This document shows positions 21,809 to 32,985 of a DNA stretch of 48,735 nucleotides, piece after piece (the stretch's first letter is position 1; each line of letters starts with the position of its first letter). The stretch comes from Chiloscyllium plagiosum. Its lineage: Eukaryota. The notes beneath the pieces are model-generated. The model ran no database searches. It saw nothing but the letters and a program-made list of their open reading frames with translations, and had not been told where the DNA came from. The position numbers and the translations under genes are program-made. The stretch is taken from the NCBI RefSeq assembly GCF_004010195.1, contig NC_057719.1, forward strand, positions 90,673,756 through 90,722,490. Reading direction: 5' to 3'.

Positions 21809-22142
21809 ATTAGTTTTATTACCACATGTACTCAAATAAGTACAGTGAAAAGTGTAAAAGTCGTCATTTATGGCACCATCTTAGGTACAAAGTACCGAGT
21901 ACAGATTGTTCAGTTCAAATTCTTAGGGAAAATAAATCAAAAAAATAAATATAGAGTCCAGCATTGTTGAAATAAATTAGAAAATAGGGAAATTAAAAAG
22001 TTCAGAACCACAGTCCTTCCAACTCAGTCCGCACTGGCCTTCACTCCAGAAATGCTGGTCAACATCTTGAGGTTCTTGAAAGTGGGAGAGCTCTTTGGAA
22101 TCACCTCGAGACTGGAAGTCCATGCTGAGACCACACTGGGCG
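21809..22142 (-). mobile_element. Non-coding element with a Rex1/Babar-like 3' tail
   Basis: TTTATTACCACATGTACTC..TACAGTGAAAAG resembles the Rex1 end at about 37045-37080; imperfect TSD AAGTCTTGA/AATCTAGA. Confidence 0.5.
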
Positions 22143-22414
22143 AATCTAGATCCGACACCCAATGTAATTCTAAGGGAATGCTGTGCTATCAGAAGTATTG
22201 AATTTCAATGAGATGCTAAACTGAAGCTCTATCTGCTCAGGGACATGTAAAAGCTCTTGTGGCACTATTTCAAAGAAGAACAAGAGGATTATCTCCACTG
22301 CTGTTGTTAATATTTTTCTATAAATCAATTTTACCGGAAGGTTTATTATACTTGCTGTCTGTGAATTGGCCATTATATTTCTTGCATTACCACTGTGATT
22401 ACAGATCTTGAGAA

Positions 22415-22630
22415 CAATGGCAACATGAAAATCCTTTTCACACAGTGAGTAAGTAGGATGTGTAGGGTGCTGCCAGGAAGTGTGTTGGTTCATTCGAATC
22501 TGGTGAGATGGGATTCAGCAGGGCTCGCAAGGTGGTGGAGTGGGTGATATGACTTGATAGGCTACTCTTGTAGAAGGCTGTTGTGATAGGTGAGTCAACT
22601 CCTTTCATGCCATAATCGTTTTATAATTCT
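22415..22630 (+). mobile_element. Old CR1 3' tail
   Basis: CTTTTCACACAGTGAGT..AGGATGTG..TGCC remnant (FTQRV..WN.LP) and tail. Confidence 0.5.
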
Positions 22631-23119
22631 AAAGAACTCAATTGGTTGCAAAGTGCTTCAAGGTGTTATACTGTCATTTTTAAAAGTTGCTATATAGATT
22701 CCAGACTTTCATTTTTCTGATCCTGTTATTTTTAAAAAATCCTAAGAATGTGATGTATGAAGTATAGTGGAGCCCATTGAGATGAAACTACTCTTGAAAA
22801 TAATAATAGATGTGAAAGGTAAAGGAGAGAAAGAATCTTAAACTGAAAGGTAAGGATGTCGAAACAATATGGATAGAGCAAATAGAAAAGCAAACTGCAG
22901 AAGATATTGACAGGAATTGTTCTCGGGCACTGAGAAGTAATTATGGTGTTGGATCGAATATTAATCAGCAAATTAGAGGAGCTTGTCTCCTTGAGGAATT
23001 GAATTATCTTCTTGAGTGGGCAAATCAAATTGGCAAAATTGGCTTAGGCTGGTAAGGTCATGGATTGAATTTCAGAAAGTCGCCTTGAGCAAAATGTCAA
23101 GAAGTCAATAATCTATTTT

Positions 23120-23335
23120 AGATAAAAACCGAAAGAACCTGGATGCTGTAAATCAGAAACAAAAACAGAAATTACGAGGAAAGCTCAAGTTTGGCAGCCT
23201 CTGTGAAGAGAAATCAGGGTAAATGTTTTGGGTCGGGTTCTGAGAAAGCGTCACTTGTCCCAAAATTTTAAATCTGATTTCTCTGCAGAGGTGCTGCCAG
23301 ACATGCTGAGCTTTTTCAGCAATTTCTGTTTTTTG
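23120..23335. mobile_element. Fold-back PLE pLTR (family D), decayed
   Basis: AAAAACAGAAATT..AAAGCTCA..TGGCAGC.TCTG..GAGAAATCAG is mirrored by CTGATTTCTCTGCAGAGGTGCTGCCA..TGAGCTTT..AATTTCTGTTTTT. Confidence 0.75.
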
Positions 23336-23689
23336 AATATGTACTTTAGACCTGGCTTTAGACTTAAAATAGATCTGTGAAACAGGGTTGATTAATACTT
23401 TGATAGTGAAATGTCCTCTAGACGAACCTGATTATAATAGAATATAATGTGACAGAGCTTTGTATTATGTTGGTTATGGTGTGGTTAAGAAGGGAAAGAA
23501 GATTATAATCTTACAGGGTTCTGAGCAATGTGAGGCAGAGCTGGGGGCAAGTACATTGAAGCCCTGCTTGACACCTGAAATCAACTTGGTTAATCTTTTA
23601 TGCTGTTTGCAAGCAGTGAGGGCAATTTCCTCCCAAACATTTGCCTGTTACTGCTGATCTGCTTTATGCAATTTGATGGGCCCTGACTG

Positions 23690-24842
23690 CTGACACCAAA
23701 GGGTCCTATCCTAACAGACAGTGGACGATCCTCTGAGTGCCAGCTGCCTGGGCCATTTCTTCCTCGGCCAGTTACAAAGTTATCACTGTGAGGTGCTCAG
23801 TTTTATGTCTACAGTTCCCACTGGAGTGGCGGGATGTGAGCAGGTAGGAGCTGCAGGAGGCGACCTGTCCAATGATTCCTTAAAGGCCACTGTATTCATA
23901 ACCTCAGGTCCAGGTGGGTGGTTTTTCTGCAGCTGGGTGTTGCTGAGGTCATGGGTAGTCTTGCAAAACTTCCAAGGTCAAAGAAAGTGAAGGCATTGTG
24001 CCCAATGGATAGAGAGTGGTGTGCAATGATTGAGAATGACAGTGGAATTAATGGGACTGTGGTACTTATTAATTTGATGGGACGTGCTGAGTTTGCATCC
24101 CCACAGAAGTTGTCCCAGTCTTGTACAGTCATGGCCAGGATTCTCTCCTTGCAGGGAGTAAGTACATGGATGCCATACAACCACCATGCAACCAAATACA
24201 TGCTGTCTGTACCCGATTATGGGCTGTCTTCTCTTGTAATCGGAATAGGGGAAACATTATGGAGATGACATTGAGTTCCATGACTTTTAGTATTGATGCG
24301 TGTGGATGAAAGGTGATGAGATACACTGAAAGATTGAAGAGGCACCAGAGGGTATACCAAGCTTATGGTGTTGAAAAAAGGAGAGTGGGTGAGGGAAGGT
24401 GTTGTAAGCAACAATGAGTGTTGGGGCATGAGCCTTGTTAGAGTGAGTGTGCAGTGCCAGACAGAAGAGTATGATACTTACCCTGTCAGAGCAGAGGTCA
24501 TTGACCTTTTTTTACTGTTGGCCATCCCTTCGTATTCTGGAGATTGCACTGACCCAGGTGGTGACCTCCGGCCAGGCTGGCAGGGCCTGATGATATGGCT
24601 TCCTCTGGCAGTACTCCAGGAAGAGGGACGTCTCTGTCAGAGAAGCATGGTGCCATGTTCCATCTCTCTGATATCTTCCAGAAACATGCTTCATCAAGCA
24701 GGGAAGCTTCAGAATGCCAGTTCTTACCTGGGTGCACAATGGCCTTTTAAAGATGACATGCATGTAAGGGATATCAGCGGATGTCTGCTGAGTGACTAGT
24801 TGATCTTGGAAAGGGGCATTGTAAGATGAGGGAAAATCAGAC
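23690..24842 (-). pseudogene. PIF/Harbinger transposon remnant with a spliced Myb/SANT-like gene
   Basis: ATG 24656: MAPCFSDRD../..AWPEVTTWVSAISRIRRDGQQ*KKVNDL; donor GG|GTAAGT at 24481; exon 2 from 24233: EKTAHNR../..IHVLTPCKERILAM..FCGDA; terminus-like GTCTGATTTTCCC. Confidence 0.7.
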
Positions 24843-24938
24843 ATAGAATCATAGAGCTATAGAGCTGTACAGCATGGAAACAGACCCTTTGTCTGACTCG
24901 CCTGTGCCGACAAATATCCTAAATTAATATAGTCCCAT
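24843..24938 (-). mobile_element. CR1/HER1 3' tail
   Basis: ATAGAGCTGTACAGCATGGAAACAGACCCTT. Confidence 0.75.
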
Positions 24939-25359
24939 GATGAATGTCACAGGGATGTGGTACATGATGAAAGAGGATGTGAAAACTCGCAGCAAACAAC
25001 ACATCAAAAAAAAGTTACAATTTGGACTTGGCTGAAGCAACATGGCTAGGTTTTGCTAAGAGGGTTAACATCCATCAGGAAGTTAGATCAATAGGTATGA
25101 ATGTAGAGAAACAATCACATAGCACTCAGAGAGAGTTTGTAATTTAAAGTCAACGCATTTCTTTGAAATCTGTTGGAAGATATGTATAACCATGGTTGGT
25201 ATAATCAAGAGGAGTGACCAGTGTTGCCAAAATGAATAGTTAGCTTGAGAAGAGGATATTATACAGTCAGGAAAATGTATATTAATCTATACAAGTTGTG
25301 ATGGTTTTTATTTCTAGGTAAACATGATGCAATTAGTGAAGACAAACTGGGTTCTCTAG

Positions 25360-25765
25360 GTGTGGAGGTACTGGTATTGGACCGGGGGTTGTCAAGGTCA
25401 GAAGTCAAATGACACCAAGTTGTAGTCCAACAGATTTATTTAAAATCACAAATTTTTAGAGTGTTACTCCTTTGTCAGGTGAAGTGAGAGAGAAGCACAC
25501 AGGCACATAATTTATAGACAGAGAGATCAATGGCCAGGGAGATTGAAAGATCATACAAGTCATGTGAATGGAGTATCAACATGTGAAGAATAGGTCCCTG
25601 CAGGTGATCAAGACTGTCAGACAATGTGAGTAAAGTGTCAACAGCTGAATAACAGGTCAAGAGATGACCTATAGTCCGAATAAATGATGCAGAGAAAAAT
25701 TTACAAAAAATTAAAAATATGATGGTGCTGGAGACAAACCAAATGACTGAAATAACATAATATTG
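25360..25765 (-). mobile_element. PLE 3' end/pLTR (family C)
   Basis: GTGGAGG..TGGAC..ACACCAAGTTGTAGTCCAACAG..CTCCTTTGTCAGGTG shared with 31105 and 36471 elements, followed by a purine-rich UTR. Confidence 0.65.
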
Positions 25766-26019
25766 AGTCACAGAAACCTCACAGTGTGAAAACAAGCCAT
25801 TCGGCCCAATAAGTCCACACTGAAAATATACTTCCCTTTATTTAGTTAGGTTAGAATGAAAATGCTTAAGTGACTTTTTTAAAATTAGTTAAGTTACATT
25901 TCTCTGCATGGTAGTTTGTCTTCTGGAACAAACTTTTTTTGTTGTTTTTATGCTGAGTTCAAAGGTTATTCAACAAGGAATAGTGAAACAAGATTTCAAA
26001 TCAGACATAATTTGAGGGG

Positions 26020-26330
26020 AGGGTTGGTGTAGTGTAGTGTCATGTTATGGGGCATGCAATCCAGAGGTCCAGTTTAATGCTGTGGGGACCTGGGTTCATA
26101 TCCCGCCAAGGTAGCTGGTGGAATGTAAATTCGGTGAATAAAAAAACTCTAGAGTGATGACCATAAACCATCATCAGTTGTTGTAAAAATCTATCTGAGT
26201 CACTAATGTCCTGAAGGAAAGGATATCTGCCATTCCTACTAAGCGTGGTCTACATGTAACTCAAGACCACAGTAGTGTGGTTGGTCGACTCTTAATTGCT
26301 GTCTGAAATGACTGAGCACATCATGCAGTG
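26020..26330 (+). mobile_element. tRNA-derived shark SINE (non-HE1 family)
   Basis: GGTGTAGTG head; GGGTTCATATCCC B-box; body GATGACCATAAACCAT..CACTAATGTCC..GGTCTACATGT.ACTC; end overlaps the motif at 2432-2460. Confidence 0.7.
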
Positions 26331-26334
26331 TCAA

Positions 26335-26470
26335 GAACAAAATCAAGAATAGCTTCTTTCTGCTGTTATCAGACTTTTGAATGCACCTCTCATACATTGA
26401 AGTTGTTGTCACACTGCACCTTCTCTGTAGCCGTAACATCATATTCTTCATTCTGCTCTGTTACCCTGAT
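26335..26470 (+). mobile_element. Rex1/Babar LINE 3' fragment
   Basis: Reverse-complement similarity to 37130-37240 (CTGCTGTTATCA.ACTTTTGAA..CTTCTCTGTAGC.GTAACA). Confidence 0.7.
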
Positions 26471-26779
26471 TTTCACGGGCAGGTAGGGAATTGCCTTACC
26501 AGTGGTACTTGCATCCCAAAAACAAATGCAAAAGTTTTTTTTACTGAAAATGAAGAGTATCAGTCAAATTCCACAAATGAAATAAGCATAAAAGCTGACG
26601 TATGGCTGTCTACGATGCTAATTATTAGGAAAATCCAGAATTCAAATTAACATAGAGTCATAGAGATGTACAGCACGGAACAAATATATTGGAAATTTCC
26701 ACAGAGCTATCATCATCCCAACATTCCATGCAGCAGAATCAGGCACAAGGAAATCTGTTTGTTTTAATTATGCTGTATT

Positions 26780-27535
26780 TTATTGGAGTTCAGATAAATG
26801 TGAGGAGCTGCCTTTTGAGAAAGCAAATCTTATACACTTAATGGTAAGGTCCTTTGGAGTGTTGCTGAACAATGAGACCTTGGAATGCAGGTTCATAGCT
26901 CCTTGAAAGTAGAGTCGCGGGTAGATAGGATAGTGAAGATGGCGTTTGGTATGCTTTCCTTTATTGGTCAGAGTATTGAGTACAGGAGTCGGGAGGTCAT
27001 GTTGCAGCTGTACAGGACATCGGTTGGGCCACTTTTGGAATATTGCGAGCAATTTTGGTCTCCTTCCTATCGGAAACTTGAAAGGGTTCAGAAAGGATTT
27101 ACAAGGGTTGGAGGATTTGAGCTATAGGAAGAGGCTGAACAGGCTGGGGCTGTTTTCCCTGGAGCATCGGAGGCTGAGGGGTGACCTTATAGAGGTTTAC
27201 AAAATTGTGAGGGGCATGGATAGGATAAATAGACAAAATCTTTTCTCTGGGGTGAGGGAGCCCAGAACTCGAGAGCATAGGTTTCGGGTGAGAGGGGCAA
27301 CTTTTTCAAGCAGAGGGTGGTACATGTATGGAATGAGCTGCCAGAGGAAGTGGTGAAGGCTAGTACATCTGCAATACTTGAAAAGCATTTGGGTGGGTAT
27401 ATGAATAGGAAGGGTTTGGAGGGAGATGGGCCTGGTGTTGGCAGGTGGAACTAGATTGGGATATCTGGTCAGCATGGACGGGTTGGACCGAAGGGTCTGT
27501 TTCCATGCTGTATGTTTTTATGACTCTGACTCTGA
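26780..27535 (+). mobile_element. CR1/HER1 LINE 3' end
   Basis: MQVHSSLKVESRVD..LEYCEQFWSPSYRK; LGLFSLEHRRLRGDLIEVYKIVRG; (TGACTC)n tail. Confidence 0.92.
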
Positions 27536-28089
27536 GTGTCATTCCTGCTGTTATTACTGTAGGCAATTGTGAAAAGAAAAGGCTGAAAGTTACCTAGGGA
27601 AGCTCCATTTCAGTGCTGCATGAGTGTTTGCTAGCATCCAGTTTAACTCGAGAAGCACATTGTTTGAAAGGTGTGATTTAAAGTGAACTTCAATCCAAGA
27701 ACGACTGATGGACTTCTCAACATTTTTGTTTTCTGGATGTTTGGTGAATACTTCACTCTTTGTGTTCACTCCATGTCCTTTTCAGTTGAAAATACAGTGC
27801 TTGGAGAGCAATTATGAAGGTTATTGAACACTGGCACCTTGCTTGGTCTGCATCTCCGTGAATGGACAATGAGATTGCATGATCAGATATGATTTTATTG
27901 AATGGTGGTGCAGGCTCGAAGGGCCAAATGGCCTACTCCTGCACATATTTTCTGTTTTTCTGAATGAATGGAGCTTTTGTGCCTTTCAGTCATGTGAAAG
28001 AACTCTAAATAATTTGGATACTTCCATTGGCTATTGTAATGAAAATGGCTTGTTCTACCAGTGGTATAATATAGAAGGCCTTACCACTG

Positions 28090-28183
28090 AAGAATTGTGG
28101 CTCAGGTTGAAGTTCTGGATGTAGGTTTGCTTGCAGTTCATATGAAAACGAACCTTCCAGCTCAGCGAGCAAACCTACATCCA
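28090..28183. mobile_element. Tiny fold-back PLE-derived insert (family E)
   Basis: TGGATGTAGGTTTGCT mirrored by AGCAAACCTACATCCA (16 bp perfect); AAGGCCTTAC at 28075-28084 and 28184-28193. Confidence 0.6.
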
Positions 28184-28638
28184 AAGGCCTTACTAGCTAC
28201 TAATCTATCTGACCAGTGAAGATCACTGAGTTTGTTGATTTTAATGCAGGTGATATATGGAATGCAAATTCATTCTTGGTAGGTTCCCTTACTCTGTTCC
28301 TCTTTCAATCCTGATCGTGTGTAAGGACAGGACCAGTCATCATACTCAGAGAGGCTATCATCTAGATTCAGACACCAAGAATTAGTGCATAGTTAAGGCA
28401 GTAGTGGATTGCTGGTCACAATTAAAATGATCCTGGCAAGTCTTTGTGCTTTCAGGAGAGGAGTTAAATTTTAACTAAAAGATTAGTTTGAAGAAAAATG
28501 CAAGATTTAGAGCATCTTCTCCTTATGCAGCACTAGGTTTGCTTTTTGGTACGAGTTCGAGAAAAGTCTTGCAGAATTTATGACTCCCCAGTTTCACTGT
28601 TGCTGCTTATAAAGAAAAATGCAATTTGTTCTGAATCT

Positions 28639-28945
28639 AGGCGGCACAGTGGCTCAGTGGTTAGCACTGCTGCGTCACAGCGCCAGGGCCCCAGGTTCGA
28701 TTCCAGCCTCTGGCATCTGTCTGTCTGGAGTTTGTACATTCTCCCCGTGTCTGCGTGGGTTTCCTCCGGGTGCTCCGGTTTCCTCCCACAGTCCAAAGAT
28801 GTGCAGGTTAGGTGAATTGGCCTTGTTAAATTGTTGATAGTGTTAGGTGCATTAGTCAGAGGGAAACTGGTCTGGGTAGGCTACTCTTTGGAGGGTCGGT
28901 GTGGACTTGTTGGGCCGAAAGGTAGCTAATTTAATCTAATCTAAT
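28639..28945 (+). mobile_element. HE1-type SINE
   Basis: Intact A/B boxes, V-domain, (TAATC)n tail. Confidence 0.92.
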
Positions 28946-29239
28946 GTCCCTTGAATTTTACGTTTGATTGCTATTGCAAATCTCCACCTAATCATCACCA
29001 ACAACACTAACTCCTTAATTTCAAATACTTTGTCTTAGAAATCTTGCTGGTTTCACACCATTATAAATAATGCTTTGGGTCATATTTATTTGTCATTGCC
29101 TTTAAATGTAATGATTATAGATTTGGGATGTCAGTGCAAGGGAATAAAAGATTTGCTACTTTTGTGGCATATGGAACTTTGCTGAGTTGGATACTTCTTA
29201 ATCTTCATTAATCTTCAGTGAATCAGTATTCACTGATCA

Positions 29240-29830
29240 GAGTCAGAGAGATTGTCAGAACAGAATGAGGTCCTTTGACTCCCTCTGTCCTCTCCTGTCA
29301 TTCAGCACCAATCCATTCTAATCTCATTTTCCAATACTTGCCCATAGCCTTGGATGCTATCGCATTTCAAGAGTTTATCTTAATATTACTAAAATGTTGT
29401 AATAGTTTTCCCTTATACCACTTTTTCAAGCAATGAGTTCCAGATGCCCCCATGCTCTGGATGAGAACTATTTATCTTAAATTCCGTCTAAACCTCCTGC
29501 CCCTTTAAAATGTGCATCTGGTTATTGACCCCTCTATCCTATCTACCCAGCTATGTCTAAGGTTGCTCTAAGCTGAGCAGGTACATAGCCATTCCAACAT
29601 TCTATGTGTGGTGAACTGCTGGTTCTGGAAGTCCCTCCTGCACAGAGACGTTGGAGGTCCACACAGAAGAAAATATCATTGGAAGGAATGCTGTCTGTGC
29701 CCCTCATAATTTTGTATGCCCCAATCAGGTCCCTACTCAAAGGAAAACAGTCTGAGCCTATCTGATGTGTCTTCACGGCTGAACTCCAGCTGATGTAACA
29801 TCCTGGTGAATCGCCTCTGGATCCTTACCA
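29240..29830 (-). mobile_element. Old CR1 3' end
   Basis: SRDLIGAYKIMRG in ORF 29543-29776(-); CR1 3' UTR. Confidence 0.7.
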
Positions 29831-30343
29831 GTGAAGTCCAGGCAAAATTAACTCTTTCTGATCCCTCAAACCTATCTATACCATCCACAGTACAAGGCTT
29901 AATTTGGGAACACAGGCCATGTAACTCTACATAATCCAGACAATTGATTAGTGTCCCTGCTGTTTGACTGTGTATCTATGACAGCATTATGGCTGCAATA
30001 TACACATTCTGTAGGGTGAAAAGTGACAATTTACATGCACTACTTTGATGCCAGCTCCCTGCCTCCTAACAGTAAGACGAAGAACAATACCATCACCTCT
30101 ATGTTTTTATTCAAGTTGCACAATGTCCTGGGGATAATGCAGTGCTGTTTATTCCCTATTACTCAGTCAATATCCTCAAAGTCCCTACCTCCTATTGACT
30201 GCAACAGAAGATAAGCCAAATGATGGGCTGAATGACTGCCACATTTTGTGTTGTGTTTATACTAGAAACTGGCAATAGATGTGGTCCAACCAATGTTGCT
30301 TAGATCCTAGAGTTTAATCCTGGAGTTATATCCCCTAACATGT

Positions 30344-30760
30344 TAAGCTCAATACCATTCAGGACAAAGCAGCCCATACAATTGTCACTCCATTCACTGT
30401 CTTCAACATTAACTCTCTCCACAACTAAAACACAGTGGCAGCAGCATGTACAGTTACAAGTTGTACTACAGAAACTCAACAAGGATCCTGCAACGCACCT
30501 TCCAAACCATGAAGAAACAACAGATGCTGGAAACACCATCACCCTAAAGTTTCTTTCCAAACCACTCACCATCCTGACTTGGGGGTAAAATTGCCTTTCC
30601 TTCAGTGTTACTTGGTCAAAATCCTGGATCTCCCTCCCTAACAACATTGTTGGTCTATCTAAAGCACATGGATGCAGTTCAAGAAGGCAGCTCACCATCA
30701 TCTTCTCAAGGGCAATTAGGCGTGTAGGTGTGACCCAGTGACACCCACATTCTGTTGAAG
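30344..30760 (+). mobile_element. CR1/L2-clade LINE 3' end (family of 4597-5577)
   Basis: AAGCTCAATACCATTCAGGACAAAGCAGCCC..CCACTCACCATCCTGACTT..TTCTCAAGGGCAATTAGG. Confidence 0.8.
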
Positions 30761-30984
30761 TAGAAATTTGTTTCAGAATAATCATGTGAATATCATGTGA
30801 ATGTATTGAAGTAATTTCCGAAAACTGTCTGAATCTCTGAGATTACTTTACATCAATGGAATTGCATGGTATCTTTTGATCTGATCAGTCAGAGTTTGGT
30901 ATTTGTGCTGATGAATGTTTGCATTCAAGCAAAGTTTTGACAAAGATTTTATCTGTAGCTGATGTGACCACTTATGTACTGTCA

Positions 30985-31095
30985 GGATCAGTTAGCTCAG
31001 TTGCCTAAAAGCCTAGTGTGAGATTAGAATTGATGCCTACTGGGTAAATTTGATTCCAGTTCTGACTGAGGTAGACTTGTGAACTGCCTCCTTGA
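30985..31095 (+). mobile_element. Decayed tRNA-derived SINE head
   Basis: GTTAGCTCAGTTG A-box and TTTGATTCCAG..CTGAGGT B-box-like motif. Confidence 0.4.
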
Positions 31096-31104
31096 CTTGT
31101 AATG

Positions 31105-31398
31105 ATGTGGAGGTGTTGGTGCTGGACTGGGGTGGACAGAATTAAAAATCACACAACACCAGGTTATAGTCCATCAGGTTTGTTTGGAAATCTAAGCTTT
31201 TGGAGTGCTGCTCCTTTGTCAGGTAGCTAGCTAGGTTTGTTCAGTACATGGCATCAGTTGTATGACACTTCGATCTTATAGTAAAAGTATAGTATTGAAC
31301 AAACCTAGCTAGCTACCTGACAAAGGAGCAGCGTTCCAAAAGCTTATACTTCCAAATAAACCTGTTGGACTATAACCTGGTGTTGTGTAATTTTTAAC
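31105..31398. mobile_element. Long fold-back PLE pLTR element (family C)
   Basis: Arms 31142-31247 and 31292-31397 are inverted copies around a 44-bp spacer; HHR-like CTGACAA-A-GGAGC AGC GTTCC-AAAAGCTTA at 31317. Confidence 0.85.
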
Positions 31399-31688
31399 CT
31401 TGCCTAGGAATGGCAATGGCAAACTGCTACTGACAAAAACCCGCAGAGGAGAAACAACCTAGAATAGAATATTGGTAGATAGTATGCCAAGGTCTAGCCT
31501 TTGGTTAGGGTGTATTTGGATGAATTAATGTAATTTGAGGGAAATTTTTTTAACTAATGTGCTGACATGATTACGCGTGCCAGCATTCTATCTGTAATTT
31601 AGTGGCAGTTGAGTATTCAGGGTGTTCTTCAGTTATCACTTAATTATTGGATGACTAATTTGCAACTTCATGACCTGTTGTGAATAGT

Positions 31689-31897
31689 AGAAAGTGAGGA
31701 CTGCAGATGCTGGAGAGCAGAGTTGAGAGTGTGCTGCTGGAAAAGCACAGCCGGTCAGGCAGCATCTGAGGAGCAGCAGAATCGATATTTTGGGCATAAG
31801 CCCTTCCTGATGAAGGGCTTATGCCCGAAATGTCGATTCTCCTGCTCCTCTTATGCTGCCTGACCTGCTGTGCTTTTCCTGCAGCACACTCTCAACT
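31689..31897. mobile_element. Fold-back PLE pLTR insertion (family A)
   Basis: Arms of about 95 bp meet at about 31806; perfect 14-bp TSD CTGTTGTGAATAGT at 31675-31688 and 31898-31911. Confidence 0.92.
31807..31834 (+). ncRNA. Minimal type-I hammerhead ribozyme core
   Basis: CUGAUGA-A-GGGC UUAU GCCC-GAAA-U-GUC; predicted cleavage after 31834. Confidence 0.7.
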
Positions 31898-32119
31898 CTG
31901 TTGTGAATAGTTCAATACAAAAGGAGTGACCTTTTGTTTTTGTTGTGAGCTTCATCTTTCCAATTGCCTGATGCAATTACACTGGCTCCAGACTTGTTGT
32001 ATGCTCTCTCCATAATGTCAGTCTGTTCTTGTTTTAGTTGATGGTGCTCCTACTTTATCCTAGGTGTAATGTTCCTGCACAGGGATAATGCACAGGGATG
32101 TTCCTGCACAGTGTAATGT

Positions 32120-32341
32120 GGGCGGCACGGTGGCACAGCAGTTAGCACTGCTGCCTCACAGCGCCAGAGACCTGGGTTCAATTCCTGCCTCAGGCGACTG
32201 ACTGTGTGGAGTTTGCACATTCTTCCCGTGTCTGCGTGGGTTTCCTCCGGGTGCTCCGGTTTCCTCCCACAGTCCAAAGATGTGCAGGTTAGGTGAATTG
32301 GCCATGGGCCTGTTTCCACACTGTAAGTAATCTAATCTAAT
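32120..32341 (+). mobile_element. Young HE1 SINE with internal deletion
   Basis: CpG-rich intact head; GAATTGGCCATG is fused directly to GGCCTGTTTCCACACTGTAAG(TAATC)n. Confidence 0.92.
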
Positions 32342-32797
32342 TTTAAAACTCTGACTACAGTCCATTCCACATTCTGAACGAGCTTTTTTTCCTGTAATAT
32401 GAATCTGAATGATTGAGTGCTGTAGTCATGAGCAGTAGAAGTTAACCTGTCTGTGTACAGTACCCTAGTGAATACTCTCTACTTGAAGCAAAGTTTGTTT
32501 GTTTGTGAAATTGCAATTATAATAATTTAAATAAATAGAACATAACCAAGCTAAATGTATTCTACCTATTGAAAATTTTCAGAACTATGTGAAAAGTGCA
32601 GACAAGTGTGACTGATTGGAATGTTCTTTAAAAGAACAAGCTCAGGCAGGCTTGGCCAAATAGATGCCTCATGTGCCAAAGGATTCAGTGTATTTCTCTA
32701 TATGGTTTCATGGGCTGGACCCTTGAAACTCCACAAGTTTTATTCTTATATTAAAATTAGACCTGATGACATTATAATTTAGTTTGTTTGAAATTAA

Positions 32798-32985
32798 TCC
32801 AAAGATGTGCTGGCCAATGTGAATTGGTCATGTTAAATTGCCCATAGTGTTCAGGGGTATGTAGGTGAGATGCATTAGTCTAGAGAAATGTAGAGTAAGG
32901 TCTGGACGGTTTACTCTTCGGAGAGTCGTGTGAACTTGTTGGGTCAAATGGCCTGTTTCCACACCGTAGGGATTCTATCATATTA
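32798..32985 (+). mobile_element. HE1 SINE 3' half
   Basis: TCCAAAGATGTGC..TAAATTGCCCATAGTG..CCTGTTTCCACACCGTAGGGATTCTAT. Confidence 0.85.

Larger units (their letters stand above)
21770..22710 (+). mobile_element. Deu-domain SINE broken by two insertions
   Basis: Deu core 22150-22410 (GGGAATGCTG..GAGATGCTAAAC..GTGGCACTATTTCAAAGAAGA); tail 22630-22710 (ATTGGTTGCAAAGTGCTT..GCTATATA); possible head remnant before 21808. Confidence 0.7.

Noticed and set aside
24365..24799. 144-aa plus-strand ORF
   Set aside because: Antisense to the Harbinger Myb remnant
22740..25350. Very old CR1 traces (VETIWIE near 22860; RT-like remnants at 24950-25300)
   Set aside because: Too decayed to delimit reliably
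27786..27819. Strong acceptor followed by LKIQCLESNYE
   Set aside because: Only a poor donor (GTTATT), early stops in all frames and no neighbouring exons
30300..30785. Longest ORF (161 aa, minus strand)
   Set aside because: Antisense to a LINE 3' fragment
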